DNA from: Propionivibrio dicarboxylicus
Lineage (GTDB): Bacteria > Pseudomonadota > Gammaproteobacteria > Burkholderiales > Rhodocyclaceae
DNA length: 32,000 bases
NCBI GenBank assembly: GCA_945902805.1
Contig: CAMDMZ010000039.1
Coordinates: 308 to 32,307, forward strand
Direction of reading: 5' to 3'
The position numbers and the translations under genes are program-made. Positions 25,301 through 32,000 of the stretch are shown here, piece by piece (positions within the stretch are counted from its first letter, which is position 1; each line of letters starts with the position of its first letter). The notes beneath the pieces were generated by a model. The model ran no database searches and was not told the origin of the DNA. It saw only the letters and a program-made list of their open reading frames with translations.

Positions 25301-26839
25301 GCCATGGTCCTCGACCCAGATCAGACGGCCATCCTTGCGCACCATCCGGTGCTCGCTAACGTAACTGCCTGAGCCTTGCAGACAAGCTTTGATCGCCTGC
25401 ATCGCCGTTGCCCGGTCATCATCGTGAAGCAGCTGGCTGAAAAACTTCATCGGATGTTCGAGCAAGCTCTCTTCCACCGCCATCAAGCGACACCATTGCG
25501 CATTGTGCTTGACGATATTGGTTGTCAGATCCCAATCCCAAACTCCATCGCCAGTGGCTTCGAGCGCGTAGTGCAAGCGTCTCTCGCTCGCTTCGACCCG
25601 CGCCTGGGTTTGTTTGAACTCGGTAATGTCGTTGGCGATGACCAGAATACGGTGTTCCCCTGACGGGCCTAGCAGCGGTTTTTTGATCGACTGGTAGTAA
25701 TGCACCTCGCCAGTCTTGGCATCGGTGGACTCTTCGAGTACGACCTGGGTCTCGCCCGCGCGCATGACGCTGCGGACATTCTCGAGGTAAAAGGCGACCT
25801 GCTCGGCGTTGGGATTGAATGCGCCGTCGTCCTTACCGACCAGGTCATCGGGCGTTGTTCCATATAGGGCGGCGAGACTCGTGTTACCGAGCAAGAAACG
25901 GCCGTCCCAATCCTTCATCAGAATGACATTCGGACTTTCGTCAATCACCGTCCGTAGCAAATCGCCCGATTCACGCAAGCTCTCCTGGGCACGCGCGCAC
26001 TCGATGCTTTGGCGATGCATCGCTTCGGTCAAACGAAACTGCCGTGCCCGCTCCAGCACCGCCATCACCAACAGAGATTGATCGACCGGCTTGACCAGAT
26101 AATCCTCGCCACCGGCACGGCGCGCATCGAGCTGGCGGGATACATCGGCAAACGCTGACAAATAAATGATCGGCAAGCGTGCCAGCTCGACATTGCTCCG
26201 CATCAGGGCCGCCAGGTCGGTGCCCAGACAAGCCGGCATCTCAATATCGAGCACGCAGGTTTCCGGGGCAAACTCGGCGATGTACTCGTAGGCCGCGACG
26301 GGGTCATCCATGGTCAACACGGCAAAGCCCGCCGCGCGAAGCATCTCGCCATGTAGTGCCAGCGCCGACGCTTCATCATCCACCAGCAGCACCCGATACG
26401 GTTCGGACGGCATCCAGGCCAGCCCCGACAGTTCGATGATCAACCGATCGACAGCCAGCGGCGCATCGAGGAGCAAACGCACGCCAAGGCGACGAACGGC
26501 GATCTGGGCGCGGAAATTGTCGCCATGGTTTATCGCGACGCGCAGGTGACCAAGCGGGAACTCATGGCCAACCGCCGGCAAGGCGGCGAGTTGTTCTTGC
26601 TGATCGAGATACCACGCCGTCGGTGCCACCAGAATGCTTTGTCGTGTGCCACAAGCGGCAGTCGCCTCGGCCAGGTCGCGCGCCCGGACCACGGCAAAGC
26701 CCTGCTCGTCCAGCTGGTCCACGATCTCCTGCACGGCCGCGAAATCACCGGCCAGGACGAAAGTCCAGGCGGCCGGCTGCGCGGGCAGCAAGTCGAGATT
26801 AGGCAGAACAAGAGCGGGCAGCGGGATTGAGACAGCCAT
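22322..26839 (-). CDS. soluble hybrid sensor histidine kinase: pseudo-receiver, REC, multiple PAS/PAC, HisKA/HATPase, two REC, HPt
   Basis: ATG at 26839 with GGAG 8 nt upstream (the track start at 26848 is GTG). No TM segments. H-box SHEIRTPMNAIIG (His codon 24281-24283). G-boxes (GTGLGLAI). Receiver Asp contexts VLDIEMP, LIDWRMPEVDG and LMDCHMPVMDG. HPt motif HSLKGVAHTLGA (His codon 22526-22528). Confidence 0.85.
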   Translation of the reverse strand: MAVSIPLPALVLPNLDLLPAQPAAWTFVLAGDFAAVQEIVDQLDEQGFAVVRARDLAEATAACGTRQSILVAPTAWYLDQQEQLAALPAVGHEFPLGHLRVAINHGDNFRAQIAVRRLGVRLLLDAPLAVDRLIIELSGLAWMPSEPYRVLLVDDEASALALHGEMLRAAGFAVLTMDDPVAAYEYIAEFAPETCVLDIEMPACLGTDLAALMRSNVELARLPIIYLSAFADVSRQLDARRAGGEDYLVKPVDQSLLVMAVLERARQFRLTEAMHRQSIECARAQESLRESGDLLRTVIDESPNVILMKDWDGRFLLGNTSLAALYGTTPDDLVGKDDGAFNPNAEQVAFYLENVRSVMRAGETQVVLEESTDAKTGEVHYYQSIKKPLLGPSGEHRILVIANDITEFKQTQARVEASERRLHYALEATGDGVWDWDLTTNIVKHNAQWCRLMAVEESLLEHPMKFFSQLLHDDDRATAMQAIKACLQGSGSYVSEHRMVRKDGRLIWVEDHGHVVERDATGQPLRMVGSVRDISERKVLLDELSTHRDNLERLVRERTTELSQALSLVEATLEATDNGILVIGRDGQLTLSNKRFADMWRIPAEMLATRDDQALLAHVLDQLKEPQQFLDKVRELYERPLDSSHDQLYFKDGRAFFRSSHPQRIGDQIVGRVWSFLDITDQHQAEQRVLQLSQAVAEELEHSEHQRGLLQSLLSAIPDLVWVKDNDGVFLSCNPAFEKLLGAPAADIVGKTDYDFFPAEVADSFREQDRAATASDTPVTIEEWVTYLNDGHRALLETIKTPVRGKDNAILGVLGIARDVTRMRKLLDDLEQARQAAMESSEAKSTFLANMSHEIRTPMNAIIGMADLCLASALNERQTNYVSKIKTASDSLLHIINDILDFSKIEAGKMQIEKIPFALDSVFAHLSNVVALRAENKGIELAYDIRGDISLLQGDPTRLGQVLTNLVTNALKFSADGNVVVTVEQVSSDGVQTELHFAISDEGIGMSAEQITHLFQPFTQADASTTRRYGGTGLGLAISRQLIELMGGRLWVESTPGVGSTFHLTVLFETAGLDRRLGIASLAEKLAEHAHRPILLVDDNPTARVILERMIMQTGLTVEVLDSGQAALERLVVADAPDYLACLIDWRMPEVDGIETIRRLRKVFAVRQIPAPPMLLVTAYSHHDDLREVGHQIDGLLAKPVSARHLYVELARCLGVFEAPEPVQDRRIAAKLQWARFREIDILLVEDVEVNQEVIMELLAGVGITVRLAENGAVALQEVARKRPDLILMDCHMPVMDGYEATRQLRADPATRNLPVIALTANALATDKEKCFAAGMNAHVAKPLRMEQLYERMVQCFPDKTTKPGSPAMPVKTELDGLPGLQFPGIDLDLGLSHVDGRLPLMLRVLKQFRDRVAQSFEGEFMLAHNSGDSETRIRVAHSLKGVAHTLGATELADAAVALLEAAKAGDDSRCLELLPAVVERLNHVAAGLCEIDALIEGLKAPGRP

Positions 26840-26905
26840 CAATAGCACTCCGGAAATTGAGCTGTAATCTTACTGCGGGGTATCACCATCGATATACACC
26901 GGCCC

Positions 26906-26933
26906 AAAATTCAATGCGGGATTTGCCGCCCGC
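26906..26933 (-). terminator. candidate intrinsic terminator after the six-gene cluster
   Basis: On the minus strand, GCGGG-(8 nt)-CCCGC is followed by ATTGAATTTT, starting 10 nt after the stop at 26943. The stem is short (5 bp). Confidence 0.3.
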
Positions 26934-26942
26934 CGCCGAACC

Positions 26943-27635
26943 TTACTTGCTGATCCGCTGCAGGAGGGTACCGGTGCGCCGATCAATGAACAGGACAGAG
27001 TCGAGATCGCCCAGCAGGTAACGCTTTTTCAGGGTGAAATCGACCGGGCGGGCGTGCACCGCTTTCCAGAACGTCGTGCTTTCACTGATGCAGGGCGCAC
27101 GTAGAACGACATCGGCGACCATCTGCACCTGATCGGCGGGAACGTCTGCGGTAAGCTCGGCAGCGAACCCGGCGTCATCATCGACGCGACGCGCAAAGAA
27201 ATCGTAGAGATTGTCGAAGGCAAAGAAATAGTCATAACGCCATTCGACGCGAAAATCCTGCGGCGTACCGATCTTGTCTTCGCCGCGATAAGCACCGCGC
27301 GACTCGTCGACCGAGGCAATCGGCAAGTATTTGTACTGGTAGTAGTCCCGATCTTCGCGCGCCGCCTCCGGATGCCAATTCCAGCCCTCGGTCACCTGAT
27401 TGAAGTTCATCCGGTAGAGCACTCGCTGCGTACCCGGTTGCGATCCTGGCGTAACTTCGAGTCCGTCCGCAAGAACTGGCAGGCGCAGGCGCCGCGCGGT
27501 GCAATCGAGCGGCGTCGGTGCTGCCGAAAGCTGCCTGAACTCGACGACGGGATCAGCCGCCGGCAATGCGACCAACACCGTCTCGGCAAACGCCACAGCA
27601 CTCACCAGTAACAAGCCACACGCCAGGGTCTTCAT
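26943..27635 (-). CDS. secreted protein of unknown function (no family recognised)
   Basis: Signal peptide MKTLACGLLLVSAVAFA|E. 230 aa, rich in Asp/Tyr/Trp/Phe/Arg. The ATG overlaps the stop of the NosD-like gene (ATGA). Confidence 0.55.
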   Translation of the reverse strand: MKTLACGLLLVSAVAFAETVLVALPAADPVVEFRQLSAAPTPLDCTARRLRLPVLADGLEVTPGSQPGTQRVLYRMNFNQVTEGWNWHPEAAREDRDYYQYKYLPIASVDESRGAYRGEDKIGTPQDFRVEWRYDYFFAFDNLYDFFARRVDDDAGFAAELTADVPADQVQMVADVVLRAPCISESTTFWKAVHARPVDFTLKKRYLLGDLDSVLFIDRRTGTLLQRISK

Positions 27636-28867
27636 TTGCCATCCTTGATGGAATCGATTTTTGAGTGCATGCGCGGCGTCGGATCACTGAGCACCCGATA
27701 GGGCAGTGAAAACGGTGCCAGTCGTTCGAGAAAATCGAGCAATTCCAAGGCCGGCGAATTGCGGAAAAAGCTCGCCATCGGCGTTTCCATCCAGATCCGA
27801 TCAGCGTGCAACCAGACTTCATGTGGCGTATCGCCGATGCCGTCGTGGTTGCGATCGAAGCCCTGGTAATCGTCCCAATAATTCCCGCGCCAGATATTGG
27901 CCGCCCCGGCACCCGGCGCACTGACAGCGACGCTGGTCAGGTTTTTTTCGATACGATTGTTTTCCAGCAAATGGCCGCCAGCCTCGCCATAAAAGTACAG
28001 CCCGGTGATGTTGTGCGCGAAGCGGTTGTTGCGCACTTCGAGCACACCCACTGGCTCGGGCGGCGCGTCGACCTTAAGCCCGGCGGCGCAATGCAGCACG
28101 GTGTTACCTTCCACGATACCGGTATCACTTTCCTTGAACACGATGCCGGCACCGCCGCCGACCAGCGCATGCTCGATGTGGTTGCCGCGCAGCACGACGT
28201 CACGCGAATACAGGATCACGATGCCGGTGCCCATATGGGAAAAGTGATTGCGTTCGATGCGCAGGCGCGGCGAAAAAACCGCCTGCAAGCCATAGCGTCC
28301 ATCGATGAAGCGGTTGCCGATGACCAGATTGTCGGCCGAATTCATGAACGTCAGGTCGCGCGCACGCTGGAAGCGATTGTTCTCGATACGATTGCCGGTG
28401 CCGTTCCACATCCGGATCGCATCGCCGCGCATGCCGGGTTCCAGCCCCTTGCCGTGGACCGCATTGTTACGGACCGAGGAATCGACCGCCTGGCGCAGGT
28501 GAATGCCGAACAGTACATCGTCGATCTGGTTGTCTTCGACCCGATGAGCGCGTCCTTCGACCAAGACGCCGGCATCGATGCTGTCATGCAGTTCACCGCT
28601 ACCGACAATGCGCACGCCGCGCAGGGTAACGTTGGAACCGCTGATGCTGACGACCGTTCCGTGGCCCGTGCCCTGTATTTTCGCCTTGCCGCCACCATCG
28701 ATCGTGAGCGGCTTTTTGATCTGCACGGGTCCGGCATAGACGGCATCCTCAAGCGTGAGGGTTCCGCCCGGCAGCGTGGCGTCAATCAGCGTCTGCAAAG
28801 GCAACGCGGCACCGGCTGATTCGACTGTCAGGCCGCATATCAAACTGATCCAGAACGGCCAGCGCAT
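27632..28867 (-). CDS. NosD-family periplasmic right-handed parallel beta-helix protein (orphan; no nosZ/F/Y/L nearby)
   Basis: ATG at 28867 (the track ORF begins upstream, inside the preceding gene). Signal peptide MRWPFWISLICGLTVESAGA. Repeated ..N-x-I/V-x-x-N.. beta-helix rungs. C-terminal motif GNYWDDYQGFDRNHDGIGDTPH is typical of NosD. Confidence 0.7.
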   Translation of the reverse strand: MRWPFWISLICGLTVESAGAALPLQTLIDATLPGGTLTLEDAVYAGPVQIKKPLTIDGGGKAKIQGTGHGTVVSISGSNVTLRGVRIVGSGELHDSIDAGVLVEGRAHRVEDNQIDDVLFGIHLRQAVDSSVRNNAVHGKGLEPGMRGDAIRMWNGTGNRIENNRFQRARDLTFMNSADNLVIGNRFIDGRYGLQAVFSPRLRIERNHFSHMGTGIVILYSRDVVLRGNHIEHALVGGGAGIVFKESDTGIVEGNTVLHCAAGLKVDAPPEPVGVLEVRNNRFAHNITGLYFYGEAGGHLLENNRIEKNLTSVAVSAPGAGAANIWRGNYWDDYQGFDRNHDGIGDTPHEVWLHADRIWMETPMASFFRNSPALELLDFLERLAPFSLPYRVLSDPTPRMHSKIDSIKDGK

Positions 28868-28872
28868 CGTGG

Positions 28873-29742
28873 TCAGTGAGCTGGCGCCAGCGACTTTCTC
28901 GTGTGCTGGCGCACCAGACCGATAAAGGCCAGCGCACAGACATTCATCAGCAAGGCGTAGATCACGCCGGGAACCGCCATGGCAGGAATCTTGAGCACGC
29001 TGACGGCGATAAAAATCGCCAATGCGGCGTTCTGCAGCCCGCTCTCGACTGAAATCGCGATGCGCCCGCGTCGATCGACTCGCGCCAGTGCGCCAATGCC
29101 GAAACCACTGGCCATGGTGAGAATACACAGCACCAGTGCCGCCGGGCCGGTGCTGGCAAAGTGATCGATCAGCGACTGGCGCTGGCTGACAAAAGTCGCG
29201 ACGACGATGGCAACGAACAGTCCGGTCGCCAAGCGACCGGCCATGGGCTCGATGCGCGCCGTGAATATCGGACGCCGATGGCGCAAGAGCATACCGAGGG
29301 CGACCGGTACCGTCGTGATAACGAATACCCCGCGCACCACATCAAGCACCGGAAGGCTCACGGCAACGCCGACCCCGGTGAAATGCCGCAAGGCGAAATC
29401 GACGATGAGGGGCACGCTAAGGACCGCCAGCACGCTGGTGATTGCCGTCAGGGAGATCGACAAGGCCGTTTCACCTTGCGCCAGTTTGGTAATCAAGCCC
29501 GCGCTCGCACCACCGGGACACGCCGCCAGCAACATCAGGCCGACCGCCATCTCCGCCGTCAGGCCAAACATCCGGGCGACGACAAATCCGATCAGCGGCA
29601 GAACGAACATCTGGCTCAGCAAGCCAGCGGCAATCGCCCGTGGCTGACGAAACACGCGTGAAAAATCGGCCACGGTGAGGCCCAAACCGAGGACAAACAT
29701 GATGCAGGCGAGTGCCAGTGGAAGGAGTTTGTCGGTCACCAT
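28873..29742 (-). CDS. bile acid:sodium symporter (BASS/SBF) family transporter
   Basis: 289 aa with about 9-10 TM segments. The N-terminus ..LALACIMFVLGLGLTVADFSRVFRQPRAI..G..SQMFVLPL.. is characteristic of the SBF family. Confidence 0.7.
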   Translation of the reverse strand: MVTDKLLPLALACIMFVLGLGLTVADFSRVFRQPRAIAAGLLSQMFVLPLIGFVVARMFGLTAEMAVGLMLLAACPGGASAGLITKLAQGETALSISLTAITSVLAVLSVPLIVDFALRHFTGVGVAVSLPVLDVVRGVFVITTVPVALGMLLRHRRPIFTARIEPMAGRLATGLFVAIVVATFVSQRQSLIDHFASTGPAALVLCILTMASGFGIGALARVDRRGRIAISVESGLQNAALAIFIAVSVLKIPAMAVPGVIYALLMNVCALAFIGLVRQHTRKSLAPAH

Positions 29743-29762
29743 ACGTTAAGGAAGCACACCGG

Positions 29763-30680
29763 CTAAACCAACAAAATGCCGAGCGCCAGCAGTGCCGCGA
29801 AACCAAGTGCGCACTGCGCCGTGCCTGCCAACACCAGATTGAGCGCAGGCCCGGTCAAGCCCTTTTGCAGGCCACGCGCGAGGGACATGCTGGCGGGCAA
29901 CACCAGCACCGCCAACCACGCGCCATTCAGCCCCGTGTGCGCCAGGATGGGCAGACTGGCGTAAGGCAACAACATCAGCACCGCATAAGCTTTCCGCGCG
30001 CCGGCGTCCCCTAGTCGGGCGGCCAGTGTGCGCCGACCAGCGCGGGTGTCGGCATCCAGATCGCGCAGGTTATTGACTAGCAGCACGGCGGCCGCTGGCA
30101 GCCCGATGGCCGCACCGGCCAACACTGAGGTGCTAGAAAAGCTGCCCGCCTGCAACCAATGGCTACCCACCACGGCGAATACGCCGAAAAAAATCCAGAC
30201 GAAAACCTCACCCAACGGTGTGTAGGAAATCGGATAACGACCGCCCGAATACGCCATGGCGGCCAATAGTGAGGTGCAGCCGATGAGAAAAATCGGCCAG
30301 CCGCCAACCGCGACCAGGTAGCCACCCAACGCCAGCGCCGTGGCGAATACGAGCAAGGCGGCACGCCGCACCTCGCGCGCACTGGCCCAACCGGCGGCGG
30401 TGACGCGCAAGGGGCCAAGGCGATCGGCGCGGTCGTTGCCGCGTTCGTGGTCGGCGGCGTCGTTGTAGAGATTGGTGCCGATCTGGATCAACAACGCCGT
30501 CAACAGGGCGGCCAAAGCCGCGCCCCAGACAAACGGGGCGCCTTCGGCCCAGGCCAATGCGGTACCGGCCAGCACGGGCGCGGTGGCGAGGGTCAGCGTG
30601 CGCGGCCGCGCGGCCGTCCACCAGACACGCCAGCCGGTAGGCGGCACTTTGAGGATGGCTGGGGGCAGTTCCGGCTTCAT
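29763..30680 (-). CDS. menA: 1,4-dihydroxy-2-naphthoate polyprenyltransferase (UbiA superfamily, MenA type)
   Basis: NLYNDAADHERGNDRADRLGPLR parallels E. coli MenA NLANDYGDAVKGSDKPDRIGPLR. 8-9 TM segments. A second Asp-rich motif is NNLRDLDAD. Confidence 0.75.
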   Translation of the reverse strand: MKPELPPAILKVPPTGWRVWWTAARPRTLTLATAPVLAGTALAWAEGAPFVWGAALAALLTALLIQIGTNLYNDAADHERGNDRADRLGPLRVTAAGWASAREVRRAALLVFATALALGGYLVAVGGWPIFLIGCTSLLAAMAYSGGRYPISYTPLGEVFVWIFFGVFAVVGSHWLQAGSFSSTSVLAGAAIGLPAAAVLLVNNLRDLDADTRAGRRTLAARLGDAGARKAYAVLMLLPYASLPILAHTGLNGAWLAVLVLPASMSLARGLQKGLTGPALNLVLAGTAQCALGFAALLALGILLV

Positions 30681-31399
30681 GCGCCGCGCTCCGCGCTATG
30701 CAAACAGGCGATACCAAAGGAAAGGTTTTCCCAACTGACCGTACCAAAGCCGGCGGCACGAATCATGGCCGCAAATTCGTTCTGGTCAGGAAAACGACGA
30801 ATCGATTCGATCAGGTATTGGTAGGCCTCGGGTTGCCCGGCCACGGCGGCGCCAAGGCGCGGAATCACCCAGCGCGAATAGAGGTCGTAGCCCGGCGCCA
30901 ACCACCATTGCGGACGCGAAAATTCGAGACAAATCATGCGTCCACCGGGCTTAAGTACGCGATAAATCTCGGTCAGCGCCGCATCGAGGCGCGTCGTGTT
31001 ACGCAAGCCGAAGGAAACAGTCAGCAAATCGATACTGGCGTTGGCAAACGGTAAGTGTTCGGCCTCGCCGCCGATCCATTTCAGGGTGGAATCGGTGGCT
31101 TGTCGGCCAGCCGCCATCATTGGCAGACTCGGATCGCAGACGGTCACCGACCAGCCGCGTGCCGCCAGCAGGCGCGCCACATCACCCGTGCCGCCGGCCA
31201 GATCGACGGCAACACCGCGCGCCGGCAGACAGCGACGCGCCATCGTGCGCTTCCACAGCCGGTGGATGCCGAAGCTCATCAGATCGTTCATCAGGTCGTA
31301 ACGCGGCGCGACGCCATCAAACACACGCCGGATACGCTGACGGCGCTCGTCAGGAGTGACAACCGCCTCGCCGAATGTCGATTCCTGTGAGGCAGACAT
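30677..31399 (-). CDS. ubiE: demethylmenaquinone / ubiquinone C-methyltransferase (UbiE/MenG family)
   Basis: YDLMNDLMSFGIHRLWKR, DLAGGTGD, SFGLRN, YRVLKPGGR, LEFS and ESIRRFPDQ align almost block by block with E. coli UbiE. The stop overlaps the menA start (ATGA). Confidence 0.85.
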   Translation of the reverse strand: MSASQESTFGEAVVTPDERRQRIRRVFDGVAPRYDLMNDLMSFGIHRLWKRTMARRCLPARGVAVDLAGGTGDVARLLAARGWSVTVCDPSLPMMAAGRQATDSTLKWIGGEAEHLPFANASIDLLTVSFGLRNTTRLDAALTEIYRVLKPGGRMICLEFSRPQWWLAPGYDLYSRWVIPRLGAAVAGQPEAYQYLIESIRRFPDQNEFAAMIRAAGFGTVSWENLSFGIACLHSAERGA

Positions 31400-31417
31400 G
31401 AAGAGCAGGCCCGCCGT

Positions 31418-31960
31418 TCAGCGCAATAGAGCGCTGGCGGCGGCCTCGATATCCGCCGGCTTCATGACGCCAAGCTTACGCGACGTGATTTCGCCCTGGC
31501 GATTGATGGTCAGCGTAAACGGCAAACCCGCGCGCTCATTGCCCAGCGTCTGCATCATCCAGATTCCCTTGGTATCGGATATCTCGTTGGCCAGCAGCAC
31601 CGGATAAGTCATATCGTAGGCTTTCATGAAGTCGCGTACCGCTTCGGGCGAATTTTCGAGCCCGATTCCGAGGACGACCAAGCCTTGTTTTTTATACTTG
31701 TCATGCGCCTTTTGCAACTCGGGAATTTCAACCCGGCACGGACCGCACCAGCGTGCCCAAAAATTCACAATCATCGGTTTGCCTTTGTAGATCTCGAGGG
31801 CAACCTGTTTTCCGTCGGGATCGAGCATCGTCGCTGCGAGCAGGGATTCGACACCGGCGGCGTAGCTCATGCCGCTGGCGAGGCACATGAGGGCCATCAA
31901 CCAGCGGGCGAGCAACCAGCGCCGTCCCGCCATCACCGACTTATTCACAACATCGCTCAT
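31418..31960 (-). CDS. TlpA/ResA-like membrane-anchored periplasmic thiol:disulfide oxidoreductase
   Basis: GGAG lies upstream of the ATG at 31960. N-terminal anchor/signal. Thioredoxin-fold motif FWARWCGPC. Confidence 0.8.
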   Translation of the reverse strand: MSDVVNKSVMAGRRWLLARWLMALMCLASGMSYAAGVESLLAATMLDPDGKQVALEIYKGKPMIVNFWARWCGPCRVEIPELQKAHDKYKKQGLVVLGIGLENSPEAVRDFMKAYDMTYPVLLANEISDTKGIWMMQTLGNERAGLPFTLTINRQGEITSRKLGVMKPADIEAAASALLR

Positions 31961-32000
31961 GGCAAATCTCCGCGACGAAATATCTGATAGCCGATAGCGG

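Noticed and set aside
1-32000. CRISPR arrays, tRNA/rRNA genes, tandem repeats, integrase or att sites
   Set aside because: Reading through all intergenic regions found none. The largest are 8505-8755, 22164-22321, 18017-18148 and 4584-4720. Only the single REP-like palindrome and short hairpins were seen.

Overview
High-GC bacterial chromosomal segment. Gene content resembles a denitrifying betaproteobacterium, possibly Rhodocyclales-like; this is inference only and no search was run. I support about 25 protein genes and found no tRNA, rRNA or CRISPR array by eye. Left to right: (1) a partial IS3-family element (orfA/orfB) inserted into and truncating dinB. (2) Housekeeping-type genes: an MtfA-like M90 peptidase, two small lipoproteins and an MBL-fold hydrolase. 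(3) A 1021-aa exported TPR-CHAT protein whose N-terminal half is much more AT-rich than its surroundings, followed by an mqsR/mqsA toxin-antitoxin pair. (4) A haem-c(DUF3365)-HAMP-PAS-GGDEF-EAL protein with a degenerate AADEF active site. (5) A very GC-rich envelope-glucan locus. It has two head-to-head GH17 paralogues: an NdvB-like GH17+GT2 fusion and an NdvC-like GH17 membrane protein. It also has a translationally coupled methyltransferase and alkaline-phosphatase-superfamily transferase. (6) A nirJ / cd1-family (NirN-like) / nnrS operon behind a perfect FNR/Dnr-type box centred 41.5 nt upstream of the nirJ ATG. (7) A roughly 1500-aa soluble hybrid histidine kinase. (8) A tightly packed six-gene minus-strand cluster: TlpA-like thioredoxin, UbiE/MenG, MenA, a BASS transporter, an orphan NosD-like beta-helix protein and an unrecognisable secreted protein. 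The candidates most worth follow-up are cluster (8), the glucan-decoration module in (5), and the apparently leaderless FNR-dependent nirJ promoter. All calls come from reading the ORF translations and the DNA by hand; none is database-verified.
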